This document shows, piece by piece, positions 47,632-56,127 of a DNA stretch of 64,000 nucleotides; position 1 is the first letter of the stretch, and the number at the start of each line of letters is the position of its first letter. This DNA comes from Cytophagales bacterium (lineage in GTDB: Bacteria; Bacteroidota; Bacteroidia; Cytophagales; CCMP332). Location: the NCBI GenBank assembly GCA_965267505.1, contig OZ254081.1, positions 1,510,401 to 1,574,400 of the forward strand. The letters are read 5' to 3'. Below the pieces are notes generated by a model. It ran no database searches and was not told the DNA's origin. It saw nothing but the letters and a program-made list of their open reading frames with translations. Both the position numbers and the translations under genes were made by a program.

Positions 47632-48064
47632 ATTACAAAGGATCGGCATTGGGGCGGATCACGCCGGGTTCCAGATGAAGGAAAAAGTAAAAGCCTATCT
47701 CGAAGGAGAGGGATATTTTGTAAGGGATTTTGGAACTGACTCAGAGGATTCGGTTGATTACCCGGACTTCATTCACCCCTTGGCGGAGTCTATTGAAAAA
47801 GATCACCTAGACCTTGGAATCATCCTTTGTGGTTCGGGAAATGGAGTCGCCATGACCGCCAACAAGCACCAGGAAATTAGAGCGGCCATGGCATGGGAGC
47901 CTGAGTTGGCCAGTCTGGGTCGAGCGCATAATAATGCGAATATTCTAGCCTTGCCCGCCAGGTTCATTTCCGAAGAAACAGGAATTGCCAGCGTGAGAGC
48001 CTTTCTTGAAACAGAATTTGAAGGAGGAAGACACCAAAGAAGGGTAGATAAGATCTCCTGCTGA
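47621..48064 (+). CDS. rpiB: Ribose-5-phosphate isomerase B
   Basis: IGIGADHAGFQMKE, ILCGSGNGVAMTANK and HNNANILALPARF are RpiB/LacAB signatures. Confidence 0.9.
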   Translation: MNNKLQRIGIGADHAGFQMKEKVKAYLEGEGYFVRDFGTDSEDSVDYPDFIHPLAESIEKDHLDLGIILCGSGNGVAMTANKHQEIRAAMAWEPELASLGRAHNNANILALPARFISEETGIASVRAFLETEFEGGRHQRRVDKISC

Positions 48065-48065
48065 G

Positions 48066-49460
48066 TTAGCGATCTCTAAAATAATACCCCTCCTTCCACT
48101 GCGAATAGGTTTGGCTTAGACTCAGGTTTTTAGACCTCAATTCCTGAAAATAGCCGACCTCATCTATTATGATCTCAGGCTTTTCGATTTCAATGGCCGC
48201 AACCAAGGAGAGCTCTATTTTCTGTTCTCCAAACCTTTTGATTCTGTGTTCGGCCAGGGGCCAATTAACCAAAGGCCCGGAGATGCTGTTGTTTTTGCTC
48301 CACCTTCCAGAAGAACCGAAGACCATGACATTTCGACGCAGAACACCGTCCGATTTTTCCAATCGATCAGAAACCAAGGGGAGGTTGGAAAACAGGTTTG
48401 ATTTTGTAATTAAAGAAAGATTAAGAACCACGCTTAAAATGAAGACAGAACTGATCACAAACTCACTTACACTACCTCGACTGGTTTCGAAATAATATTG
48501 GGAAAGAAAGAATGAAAGAGGGATGATCAGTGGCAAAAAAGTATAAAATGAAAGTTTGCCTGAAAACAAAACCACCCCAAGTGAGAGTGCTCCCAGGGTA
48601 TAAAAAGTCCTTTGGATCCTGATATGATAGCTCAAAAAACGAGTACGGAATATCAGGCTCAAAACGGAAACCACAATTAGAAAAAGAACCGGAGAAAAAA
48701 TGGCAAAATAAACCCGGTACTCCCACAAGGACTCTCCGCTCAATTTAAAGAGTTCGAAACTTATGGAATCAAGAAAATCAAACTGCTGAGATTTCATCCA
48801 GAAATTGAAAAACAGGACCACCCAAAAAAATAACAGCACCGCCAGCCACCAGAGTGAGTGTCTCATTTTTCCTGAGATTCCGAAGACAAGAAATAGAAAG
48901 AAAAAGGGGGCCAGAAAAAGAAGAGGGGGATGGATGGCAGTGGAGAGTCCAAAGAAAACCGCCGAAAAAAATAAGTGATCTTCCTCCGGATCCTTTCTGA
49001 AGAGAAGCAGAATGTATCTTAGGGAAAGAAGCAAAAAAGGCAGGGAAAGAAGTTGGGGCGAGAATACAAAGAACTCAAAGGATACCGCGGAAAGAAATAC
49101 GAAAACAGCCCCCGGAACAAAGGACTTAGACTTCAGTGCCTCCAGATCATTTACCAGTTGGTTGAAAACCCAGGCAGAAATCCAGATAAGCAGTGTTCCA
49201 ACTAGGATCTGCCCGGCTATGGAGTTTCCAAACAGGATTGAGCCCAAACTGAGAAACCAAACATAAACCGGCCCAGCGTTGGTCCAAATCTCAGAATACA
49301 AAAAGAAGCCTTGGTGGTATCTTTCTCCAATAGCAGCCCAGGAATAATGGTCAGGACTCAATGGTAATTCAAAAAACAAAAATGGCAGCCGGAGTAAAAA
49401 CGCCAGAACCAACAGGAAGAGGATTCTGGAAGGGTCGTTTAAACGGAAGAAACTCAGCAT
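48066..49460 (-). CDS. Polytopic inner-membrane protein (10 or more TM helices), glycosyltransferase-39/ArnT-like architecture
   Basis: 464 aa, highly hydrophobic over the first ~350 aa, with a soluble C-terminal ~110 aa. No catalytic motif was confidently recognised. Confidence 0.55.
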   Translation of the reverse strand: MLSFFRLNDPSRILFLLVLAFLLRLPFLFFELPLSPDHYSWAAIGERYHQGFFLYSEIWTNAGPVYVWFLSLGSILFGNSIAGQILVGTLLIWISAWVFNQLVNDLEALKSKSFVPGAVFVFLSAVSFEFFVFSPQLLSLPFLLLSLRYILLLFRKDPEEDHLFFSAVFFGLSTAIHPPLLFLAPFFFLFLVFGISGKMRHSLWWLAVLLFFWVVLFFNFWMKSQQFDFLDSISFELFKLSGESLWEYRVYFAIFSPVLFLIVVSVLSLIFRTRFLSYHIRIQRTFYTLGALSLGVVLFSGKLSFYTFLPLIIPLSFFLSQYYFETSRGSVSEFVISSVFILSVVLNLSLITKSNLFSNLPLVSDRLEKSDGVLRRNVMVFGSSGRWSKNNSISGPLVNWPLAEHRIKRFGEQKIELSLVAAIEIEKPEIIIDEVGYFQELRSKNLSLSQTYSQWKEGYYFRDR

Positions 49461-49521
49461 GCCTAAAAAGCCAATGGATTAATCTAATTAACAGTCAATA
49501 ATATTTAATTTGTCGGCGCAA

Positions 49522-49896
49522 ATGGATACAACGAGGCAAAAAAAGGTTGCAAAACTGATTCAAAGGGAGGTGGTTGACCACTTCCAGGCCCTGGGACTCA
49601 GCACCATCAACAACACACTGGTGACGATTACCGGGGTTCGAATGAGTCCGGACCTTTCAATAGCCAAGATCTATCTAAGCTTTCTACCCTCTGGAGAAAA
49701 GGATAAGATACTCGGATTCCTGGATGAGAAAAAGGGAGCGATTCGCGGGGGGGTTGGGAATAAATTGAGATCCAGCCTTAGGAAAATTCCTGAGCTGATG
49801 TTTTATCATGATGAAACTGCAGAGTATTCTCAAAACATAAATAAGATCCTCAATTCTTTAGACATTCCGCCGGATGACGAAAATGACAAGGTTTGA
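49522..49896 (+). CDS. rbfA: Ribosome-binding factor A
   Basis: RQKKVAKLIQREV......VTITGVRMSPDLSIAKIYLS is the RbfA KH-like pattern. ATG 49522 is preferred over the ORF-track TTG at 49510. Confidence 0.85.
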   Translation: MDTTRQKKVAKLIQREVVDHFQALGLSTINNTLVTITGVRMSPDLSIAKIYLSFLPSGEKDKILGFLDEKKGAIRGGVGNKLRSSLRKIPELMFYHDETAEYSQNINKILNSLDIPPDDENDKV

Positions 49897-51125
49897 AAGC
49901 CTCACTATTTCTTGCCCGTAAATACTTTCTCAGCAAGAAGAAGCAAAACTTCATAAATATACTTTCCTGGATTGGCTTGGGAGGGGTGGCCCTCGGGTCT
50001 GCCGCTCTGGTAATTGTGCTTTCCGTTTTTAATGGTCTAGAGGGATTATTGAGAGGCTTGTTTTTGAGTTTCGACCCCGATCTAAAAATTGAACTGATGG
50101 AAGGACGTGACTTTGCATTGGAAGACTTCCCATTGGAAGTCGTAAATAGATCGGCCGGGGTAAAAGGAATAGTCCCGGTAATGCAAGACAATGCCCTAAT
50201 CCAATACAGGAGCAATAATGTAGTCGTTACATTGAAAGGGGTTGGGAAAGAATTTCTGGACCTCACGAGGCTGGATAGAAAAATCGTAGAAGGAAACCTG
50301 GATCTGGAAAGACAGGGACAAGCAGCGGCCTTATTGGGTAGGGGGGTGCAATACAAATTATCTATTCCTCCAAATGAAAAGTTCTATCCCATGCGGGTTC
50401 TCTATCCGAAAAACTTAAAATCGATAAGGATAAACCCGGAAAAAGCCTTAAACCGGAAAGATATACTTCCCACCGGGGTCTTTGCGATCGAAGAGCAGTT
50501 TGACAACAATTATGTCCTGGTTCCACTTGATTTTGCTCAGGAGCTGTTTGGAAAACAAAATAGGTCCAGCAGCATGGAAGTGTTTTTAAATGATGGTGTT
50601 AACCCGGAAGAGGCAAAGGCGGAGTTACAGAAAATTGTACCATCAAGTTTTAAGATTCTTACTCAGGATGAACAGCATCTGGCACTATTCAGAGCGATCA
50701 AGATTGAAAAGCTGTTTGTGAACCTTGCTTTCTTTTTCCTCCTTCTGATCATTTCCTTCAACATCTTTTTTGCGCTCTCCATGCTGGTGTTGGAAAAAAA
50801 GCGTGACTTAGGAATGCTTGCTGCATTAGGGGCGGGACCCAAAATCATTTTCCGAATCTTTCTTTTTGAAGGACTCATGATCGGTGGTGCGGGAGTAGTA
50901 ATTGGGCTTGGGGTCGCTTCGCTCCTCGGGTATTTTCAGCAATACCACGGACTGGTGTCCATGGGGATTGAGAATGCAGTTTCAGATGCCTACCCATTCA
51001 AGATGCAGTTTATGGATTTTCTAATTTCTGGAATTGTGGTATTTGGGATCACTGCGTTGGCTTCCTATAAACCCGCCAGATCAGCAGCCAAAATTGCTAA
51101 AAACCAAGTGTTGATTATTTCCTGA
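49893..51125 (+). CDS. FtsX-family permease, LolC/LolE-like (lipoprotein-releasing type)
   Basis: ARKYFLSKKKQNFINILSWIGLGGVALGSAALVIVLSVFNG is the LolE N-terminus pattern. Periplasmic MacB-like domain and a C-terminal FtsX domain with 3 TM helices. 4-nt overlap with rbfA. Confidence 0.8.
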   Translation: MKASLFLARKYFLSKKKQNFINILSWIGLGGVALGSAALVIVLSVFNGLEGLLRGLFLSFDPDLKIELMEGRDFALEDFPLEVVNRSAGVKGIVPVMQDNALIQYRSNNVVVTLKGVGKEFLDLTRLDRKIVEGNLDLERQGQAAALLGRGVQYKLSIPPNEKFYPMRVLYPKNLKSIRINPEKALNRKDILPTGVFAIEEQFDNNYVLVPLDFAQELFGKQNRSSSMEVFLNDGVNPEEAKAELQKIVPSSFKILTQDEQHLALFRAIKIEKLFVNLAFFFLLLIISFNIFFALSMLVLEKKRDLGMLAALGAGPKIIFRIFLFEGLMIGGAGVVIGLGVASLLGYFQQYHGLVSMGIENAVSDAYPFKMQFMDFLISGIVVFGITALASYKPARSAAKIAKNQVLIIS

Positions 51126-51155
51126 GAATTGCTCTTGTCGGTTCCTCTGAATAAT

Positions 51156-51163
51156 TATTTTTG
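51156..51163 (+). promoter_or_regulatory. Candidate -7 box (TAnnTTTG) upstream of the SNF2 helicase gene
   Basis: TATTTTTG lies only 9 nt upstream of ATG 51173 and overlaps the ORF-track TTG start. This would imply a nearly leaderless mRNA, so confidence is low. Confidence 0.25.
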
Positions 51164-51172
51164 GAGGTTAAG

Positions 51173-54088
51173 ATGAAAATTTCTGCCAGAAATCCTTTCA
51201 AAGTTGTTTACTCCCTGTACCAACACGAGTTCCTGGGATTCTTATTTGAATCCTTCATTGTGGAGCTTGACCAGGAGGGCAGATTAAGCCTCAAGCATCA
51301 GAACATTTCCCACTACTCAGCTGAAGAATTTGCCTCCGGGCTGGATGAGCTGGACTACGAGTTGATCGACCTCATGGATCAGATCCAACAAGAAGTGGTG
51401 ATCAAAAAATTTGCAGAAAAGAGGGTGCCTCCGATGGAGTTCTTTCCCAAAATATTCAACCCTGAAAAAGGAGACCGGGGACTACAGCAAAACATCAATG
51501 CCTACCTGGAATCGAAAAGGGCGAAGATCCTTGAGAGGCTTCCGGGCAAGAATGTTTTTGAAATGGGAAAGGACGGAGAGCCAACCTCCAGGGAATTGTC
51601 GGTGCCCAAAAAAGGAGCAACCATTCTTTTTCATCTGTGGAAGAATGATGACAACACCCATTACTACCCCACCATAAAGCACGAGGGCGAAAAATTGGAG
51701 TTTAGGCAAAAAGGAGCCAGGATCCTTTGCAGCTCTCCGGCCTGGATGCTTTTGAATGATATCATTTATCATTTTGATGATGAAGTAGATGGAAAGAAGC
51801 TAAAGCCATTTATAAACAAGAAATTCATTGCGATCCCTCAGAAGCTGGAAGAACAGTATTATGAAAGTTTTGTGGCCCCTTTGATCGCATCTTTTGATGT
51901 GATCGCTCATGGAATGGAGGTGCATGAGGAAAAGTCTGAACCCAAACCCAGGATACTGATCCAGGAATATGCAGAAAAAACCGCAGAGCTTTTTGAGGAG
52001 GAAGCGGAAGAAGGCTCTGGGAAATTTCAGATAAACCTGATCTTCAATTATGGCAAGTTCAACCTTCAGGGATCTGAATCTCATCAGCAGAGAGTTAAGG
52101 TTGTAAGAAGCAATGGCCACTTTGAATTCTATAAGGTTCAAAGAGACTACAAGTTCGAGGCCGACCTTGAAAAAAAACTGGTTGAATTGGGACTTGATCT
52201 AAGGACTTATCGGGCCCTGGTTCAGAAGTCTGTGTTTCAATCTTGGAAAAGCATAAATGAAGAGCAGCTCAGGGAACTTGGAATTGAATTTGAGCAGGAC
52301 TCAAATTCTGAGAAGAATTATTTCCTTGGGCATTCCAGCGTTAACCTTAGTTTTTCGGAGAAAGAAGATTGGTTTGACTTAGAGGCTAAGGTTTCATTTG
52401 GAGAGTTCGAGATCAAATTCAGTGAGTTGGGAAAATATATCTTAAATGGAATTTCTGAATTCCCCCTTCCCAACGGGCAGACGGCAATTATTCCAGAGGA
52501 GTGGTTCACTCAATATTCTGACCTCTTTCATTTTTCAGAAAATGGGGAGGACAACAAAAACCTGAAAGTTCAAAAGCACCACATTGGGCTGATCTCGGAT
52601 TTGCAGGAAGGAAGCCTTGCGGAAGTGACCATGAACCGAAGGCTCCAAAACCTTAAAGAACAGGACCTGAATTCTGACTACCCCCTACCTGAGGGATTTG
52701 TTGGTCAGCTTAGGCCTTATCAAAAAGCCGGATACAACTGGCTAAGATTCTTATTGGAAACAAGCTTGGGTGGGTGTCTGGCCGATGATATGGGCCTTGG
52801 AAAAACGGTACAAACCCTGGCACTACTTCAACACATCAAAGAAAACTTCAAGGGAAGGACCTCAATAATGGTAATGCCAACCTCTTTGGTCTACAATTGG
52901 CTTCAGGAGGCGCGGCGTTTCACACCTGAGTTGAAGATTCTGAATTACACGGGAACCTACCGCAAAAAGGACCCAAAGACTTTCGGGGATTATGATATTG
53001 TTCTCACCTCTTATGGCACAGCAAGGATTGACAAGGACATTCTACTCAAGTTCGTGTTCTTTTACGCTGTTTTGGATGAAGCACAAGCGATAAAAAATCC
53101 GGGATCTAATATTTTTCAATCGGTAACCGAGTTAAATGCCAAGCATAAATTGACCCTTACCGGAACTCCTCTTGAAAACACCTCTCTGGATATTTGGTCT
53201 CAAATGGCCTTTTCAAACCCAGGACTATTGGGCGATGAAGCGTTTTTTAAAAAGAACTACCTGACCCCAATTGAAAAGCAGGGCAATGAGGTGAAAACCA
53301 AAAAACTAAACGCACTGATCAAGCCCTTCATTCTTAGAAGGACTAAAGAACAAGTTGCAAGGGATCTTCCGAGCAAAATGGAGAACATCAAGCTTTGCAT
53401 GATGACCCCTGAGCAGGAATCGCAATATGAGGAGGTTAAATCGGTGATAAGGAATAAATTTTTAGAGGCTCAAGGCCAGGGAAAAGGCGGTCAAATGCAA
53501 ATACTCCTTTTGCAGGGACTTACCCAGTTGCGCCAGATTGCGAATCACCCGTTGATGGTGGATGAGAACTTTGAAGGAGAGTCGGGAAAACTGAAAACGC
53601 TTACGCACATGATGAAAAGTGCCCTTTTGGAGGGCCATAAGATCCTGGTCTTTAGCCAGTTTGTAAAGCATCTTAAGATTGTAAGGGAATTCCTCGACAA
53701 GGAAGGGGTTTTATATTCCTACCTGGACGGGGGCACCAAAAATCGAATGGGCCAGGTTGAGCTATTCCAGGAAGACAAATCCGTAAAGGTCTTTTTGATC
53801 TCACTCAAAGCAGGGGGCACTGGGCTTAATCTCACAGCCGCGGACTATGTTTTCCTTCTGGACCCTTGGTGGAACCCAGCCGTTGAGGCCCAGGCGATTG
53901 ATAGAGCACACAGGATAGGCCAAAAAGAAAAGGTTTTCATTTACCGGTTTATAACGAAAGGAACGGTTGAGGAAAAGATCCTAAATCTGCAAGAAAGGAA
54001 AAAAGGGCTAGCCGAATCCCTTATCAAGACCGAAGAGAGTTTCTTCAAGTCTCTTTCTTCTGATGACATTGAAAGTTTACTTAGCTAA
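51173..54088 (+). CDS. SNF2-family DEAD/H helicase (RapA-like) with ~500-aa N-terminal region of unknown function
   Basis: LRPYQKAGYNWL, LADDMGLGKT, LDEAQAIKN, LTGTPLEN and LSLKAGGTGLNLTAADYVFLLDPWWNPAVEAQAIDRAHRIGQ. Confidence 0.9.
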   Translation: MKISARNPFKVVYSLYQHEFLGFLFESFIVELDQEGRLSLKHQNISHYSAEEFASGLDELDYELIDLMDQIQQEVVIKKFAEKRVPPMEFFPKIFNPEKGDRGLQQNINAYLESKRAKILERLPGKNVFEMGKDGEPTSRELSVPKKGATILFHLWKNDDNTHYYPTIKHEGEKLEFRQKGARILCSSPAWMLLNDIIYHFDDEVDGKKLKPFINKKFIAIPQKLEEQYYESFVAPLIASFDVIAHGMEVHEEKSEPKPRILIQEYAEKTAELFEEEAEEGSGKFQINLIFNYGKFNLQGSESHQQRVKVVRSNGHFEFYKVQRDYKFEADLEKKLVELGLDLRTYRALVQKSVFQSWKSINEEQLRELGIEFEQDSNSEKNYFLGHSSVNLSFSEKEDWFDLEAKVSFGEFEIKFSELGKYILNGISEFPLPNGQTAIIPEEWFTQYSDLFHFSENGEDNKNLKVQKHHIGLISDLQEGSLAEVTMNRRLQNLKEQDLNSDYPLPEGFVGQLRPYQKAGYNWLRFLLETSLGGCLADDMGLGKTVQTLALLQHIKENFKGRTSIMVMPTSLVYNWLQEARRFTPELKILNYTGTYRKKDPKTFGDYDIVLTSYGTARIDKDILLKFVFFYAVLDEAQAIKNPGSNIFQSVTELNAKHKLTLTGTPLENTSLDIWSQMAFSNPGLLGDEAFFKKNYLTPIEKQGNEVKTKKLNALIKPFILRRTKEQVARDLPSKMENIKLCMMTPEQESQYEEVKSVIRNKFLEAQGQGKGGQMQILLLQGLTQLRQIANHPLMVDENFEGESGKLKTLTHMMKSALLEGHKILVFSQFVKHLKIVREFLDKEGVLYSYLDGGTKNRMGQVELFQEDKSVKVFLISLKAGGTGLNLTAADYVFLLDPWWNPAVEAQAIDRAHRIGQKEKVFIYRFITKGTVEEKILNLQERKKGLAESLIKTEESFFKSLSSDDIESLLS

Positions 54089-55187
54089 TTCTCTCAGATA
54101 GAATCAAACCAGGCAGCTCACTTCCTCCCGTAATAAAAAAGGAATCAAGGGCACTTACATAAAAGGCGCAGAAGTCGTAATTACCGAATGAGCTTTCGAG
54201 GTCTTCACGAAAAGAGGAACGTGAAGGATCGAGGACCATGCAGTCACCCCCGCCCCCCTTTTGGGGTTTTAACAATTCTTGGAAACGCTCTTTGATCTTG
54301 AGGCTCACAAAATGAAAATCAAAAGAAGAGGGGAGGCTCTTTTGAGTTGATGTTTTTCTTTTTCGCAAAAAACGAAACGCACTCACCCCAATTTTGACTA
54401 ATGGAGCAGACCAGGTGCCGGGGTTATTCTTTTGATAGAACAGGTCCATCGCTCCATAGAAATTTTTCAAATAGCCGGGGTCACCACGATCAGTGCTTTC
54501 TCCTTTGAAGTGAATGATGAAATCTTGTCCGGAATAAAAGTTTTGATTTCCAGCCTTCAAGACCTGGTATGAAAAATCGATATCCTCTCCGAACATGAAA
54601 TAATCTTCATCAAAGTAGGCCTTTTCGCCTAGAGAGATTTTGTCCATGATGAAGAAGGCACCTGACAAAACCTCAACATTTCCCTCCCCACCTGCGGCCA
54701 CATGGTTTGCATAATACCCACTCAAAAATTGAGAGTCTGGAGCCAGTTTCCACAACCCAGACAATTTTGTAAAGGACTTCCAGGCAGAAGGAAGTCGTCT
54801 TTTTGATTCAGGAAGGAAACTACCTAAACCATCCAACATTCTTACCCCAACCACAGCAGCATTTTTATTTGATTCAAAAACCCCCAGTGCTGTTCTCAAA
54901 CTTGATTCGAATACAAGGGTATCTGGATTTAGGATCAGGATTTTTGAGGAGCAGGCCTTTTTGATGCCTAGATTGTTTGCCTTTGAAAAGCCTAGATTAT
55001 CCTGATTTGAGATTAAGTCTACCCAAGGAAATTCTTGGCGAAGCATTTGAGGTGTTCCATCATGAGACGAATTGTCAACAACAATTACCTCGGAATCAAA
55101 ATTCTTCAAAGCCTCTTTTAAGACTTGCAAACAGAGTGCAAGCACAGTCTTGCAATTATAACTGACAATTACAACGCTGAGATCCAT
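54081..55187 (-). CDS. Family-2 glycosyltransferase
   Basis: LSVVIVSYNCKTVL, IVVDNSSHDGT, NLGFSKANNLG, and a DxD-like FGEDIDFS motif. The 3' end overlaps the SNF2 gene 3' end by 8 nt. Confidence 0.8.
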   Translation of the reverse strand: MDLSVVIVSYNCKTVLALCLQVLKEALKNFDSEVIVVDNSSHDGTPQMLRQEFPWVDLISNQDNLGFSKANNLGIKKACSSKILILNPDTLVFESSLRTALGVFESNKNAAVVGVRMLDGLGSFLPESKRRLPSAWKSFTKLSGLWKLAPDSQFLSGYYANHVAAGGEGNVEVLSGAFFIMDKISLGEKAYFDEDYFMFGEDIDFSYQVLKAGNQNFYSGQDFIIHFKGESTDRGDPGYLKNFYGAMDLFYQKNNPGTWSAPLVKIGVSAFRFLRKRKTSTQKSLPSSFDFHFVSLKIKERFQELLKPQKGGGGDCMVLDPSRSSFREDLESSFGNYDFCAFYVSALDSFFITGGSELPGLILSERIS

Positions 55188-55192
55188 GGTTA

Positions 55193-55801
55193 TTAACCGG
55201 GTTTGTACTCAGTTCTTAAGGAGAAGCTCCTTGCCAGGGTCAATTCATCAGCATATTCAAGCTCACCACCCACGGGGATTCCCCTGGCCAGAGCGGAGAT
55301 CCTTATGGATTTGTCCTGGATCTTTTTTGAGATGTAAAACGCGGTGGTATCTGCTTCCATAGTGCTATTTAGAGCGAAAACCAGCTCTTTAATTTCTCCC
55401 GAATCCAGCCTGGCGAGCAGGGAATCTATGTTCAGGTTTTCTGGACCAACTCCTTCTATTGGGCTGATGACCCCTCCAAGAACGTGATACAGGCCATGAT
55501 ATTGAGAGGTGTTTTCTATTGCCAGAACATCACGGGTGTCCTGCACTACGCAGAGCGTGTTTCTGTCCCTTCCCGTAGAGCCGCAAATTGAGCAGGTGTC
55601 CAGGTCGGAAATGTTATGACAGGTCTTACAATATTTGATGTCTTCCCTTAGCCGTTTAATGGCCTCGGCAATTTCAAGGGATGTTTCTTTGTCCTGTTTC
55701 AATAGAAAGAGAACCAACCTCAATGCGGTTTTCTTTCCTATTCCCGGAAGTTTTGAAAAGGCATCGACAGCATTTCCAACCAGTTTGGAGGGGAAGTTCA
55801 T
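55193..55801 (-). CDS. recR: Recombination protein RecR
   Basis: LPGIGKKTALRL (HhH), CKTCHNISDLDTCSICG (C4 zinc finger), and the Toprim region LCVVQDTRDVLAIE. Confidence 0.93.
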   Translation of the reverse strand: MNFPSKLVGNAVDAFSKLPGIGKKTALRLVLFLLKQDKETSLEIAEAIKRLREDIKYCKTCHNISDLDTCSICGSTGRDRNTLCVVQDTRDVLAIENTSQYHGLYHVLGGVISPIEGVGPENLNIDSLLARLDSGEIKELVFALNSTMEADTTAFYISKKIQDKSIRISALARGIPVGGELEYADELTLARSFSLRTEYKPG

Positions 55802-55804
55802 GGA

Positions 55805-56080
55805 TCAGATCACCTCTGCCTGGATGCCGCGGTCACAAATAGCATCACGCATAGGCTTTAATAATTCCCAATTGCCAACTTTTACAGAACACTTACCCTT
55901 GTAATGGATGATCCATGTACATTGCTCAGCTTGTTCAGCTGAATGATCGCAAATGTCGATGAGGGCCTGGATCACATGCTCGAAGGTGTTTACATCGTCA
56001 TTGAAGACGATCAGTTCTTTCTCCCTGTCGGCAATTTTTACTTCTTCTAATAGTATTTCCTGTTCCTCTAAAGGCACCAT
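55805..56080 (-). CDS. clpS: ATP-dependent Clp protease adaptor ClpS
   Basis: LIVFNDDVNTFEHVIQALIDIC.HSAEQAEQCTWIIHYKGKCSVK is the ClpS core pattern. Confidence 0.88.
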   Translation of the reverse strand: MVPLEEQEILLEEVKIADREKELIVFNDDVNTFEHVIQALIDICDHSAEQAEQCTWIIHYKGKCSVKVGNWELLKPMRDAICDRGIQAEVI

Positions 56081-56093
56081 GAATTAGGAATCT

Positions 56094-56101
56094 TAATTTT
56101 G
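56094..56101 (+). promoter_or_regulatory. Candidate -7 box (TAnnTTTG) for the symporter gene
   Basis: TAATTTTG lies 26 nt upstream of ATG 56128. Confidence 0.3.
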
Positions 56102-56104
56102 ATG

Positions 56105-56112
56105 CAAATTTA
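56105..56112 (-). promoter_or_regulatory. Candidate -7 box (TAnnTTTG, minus strand) for clpS-recR
   Basis: Plus-strand CAAATTTA is TAAATTTG on the minus strand, 24 nt upstream of the clpS ATG (56080). Confidence 0.3.
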
Positions 56113-56127
56113 GCTATTTAAGCCCTA

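Noticed and set aside
49635-49643. GGTTCGAAT, a tRNA T-arm-like motif
   Set aside because: It lies inside the rbfA coding sequence. No acceptor or anticodon stem complementarity is present around it.
49850-50356. 168-aa minus-strand ORF
   Set aside because: It is antisense to the LolE-like permease gene and the rbfA 3' end. It is a shadow ORF.
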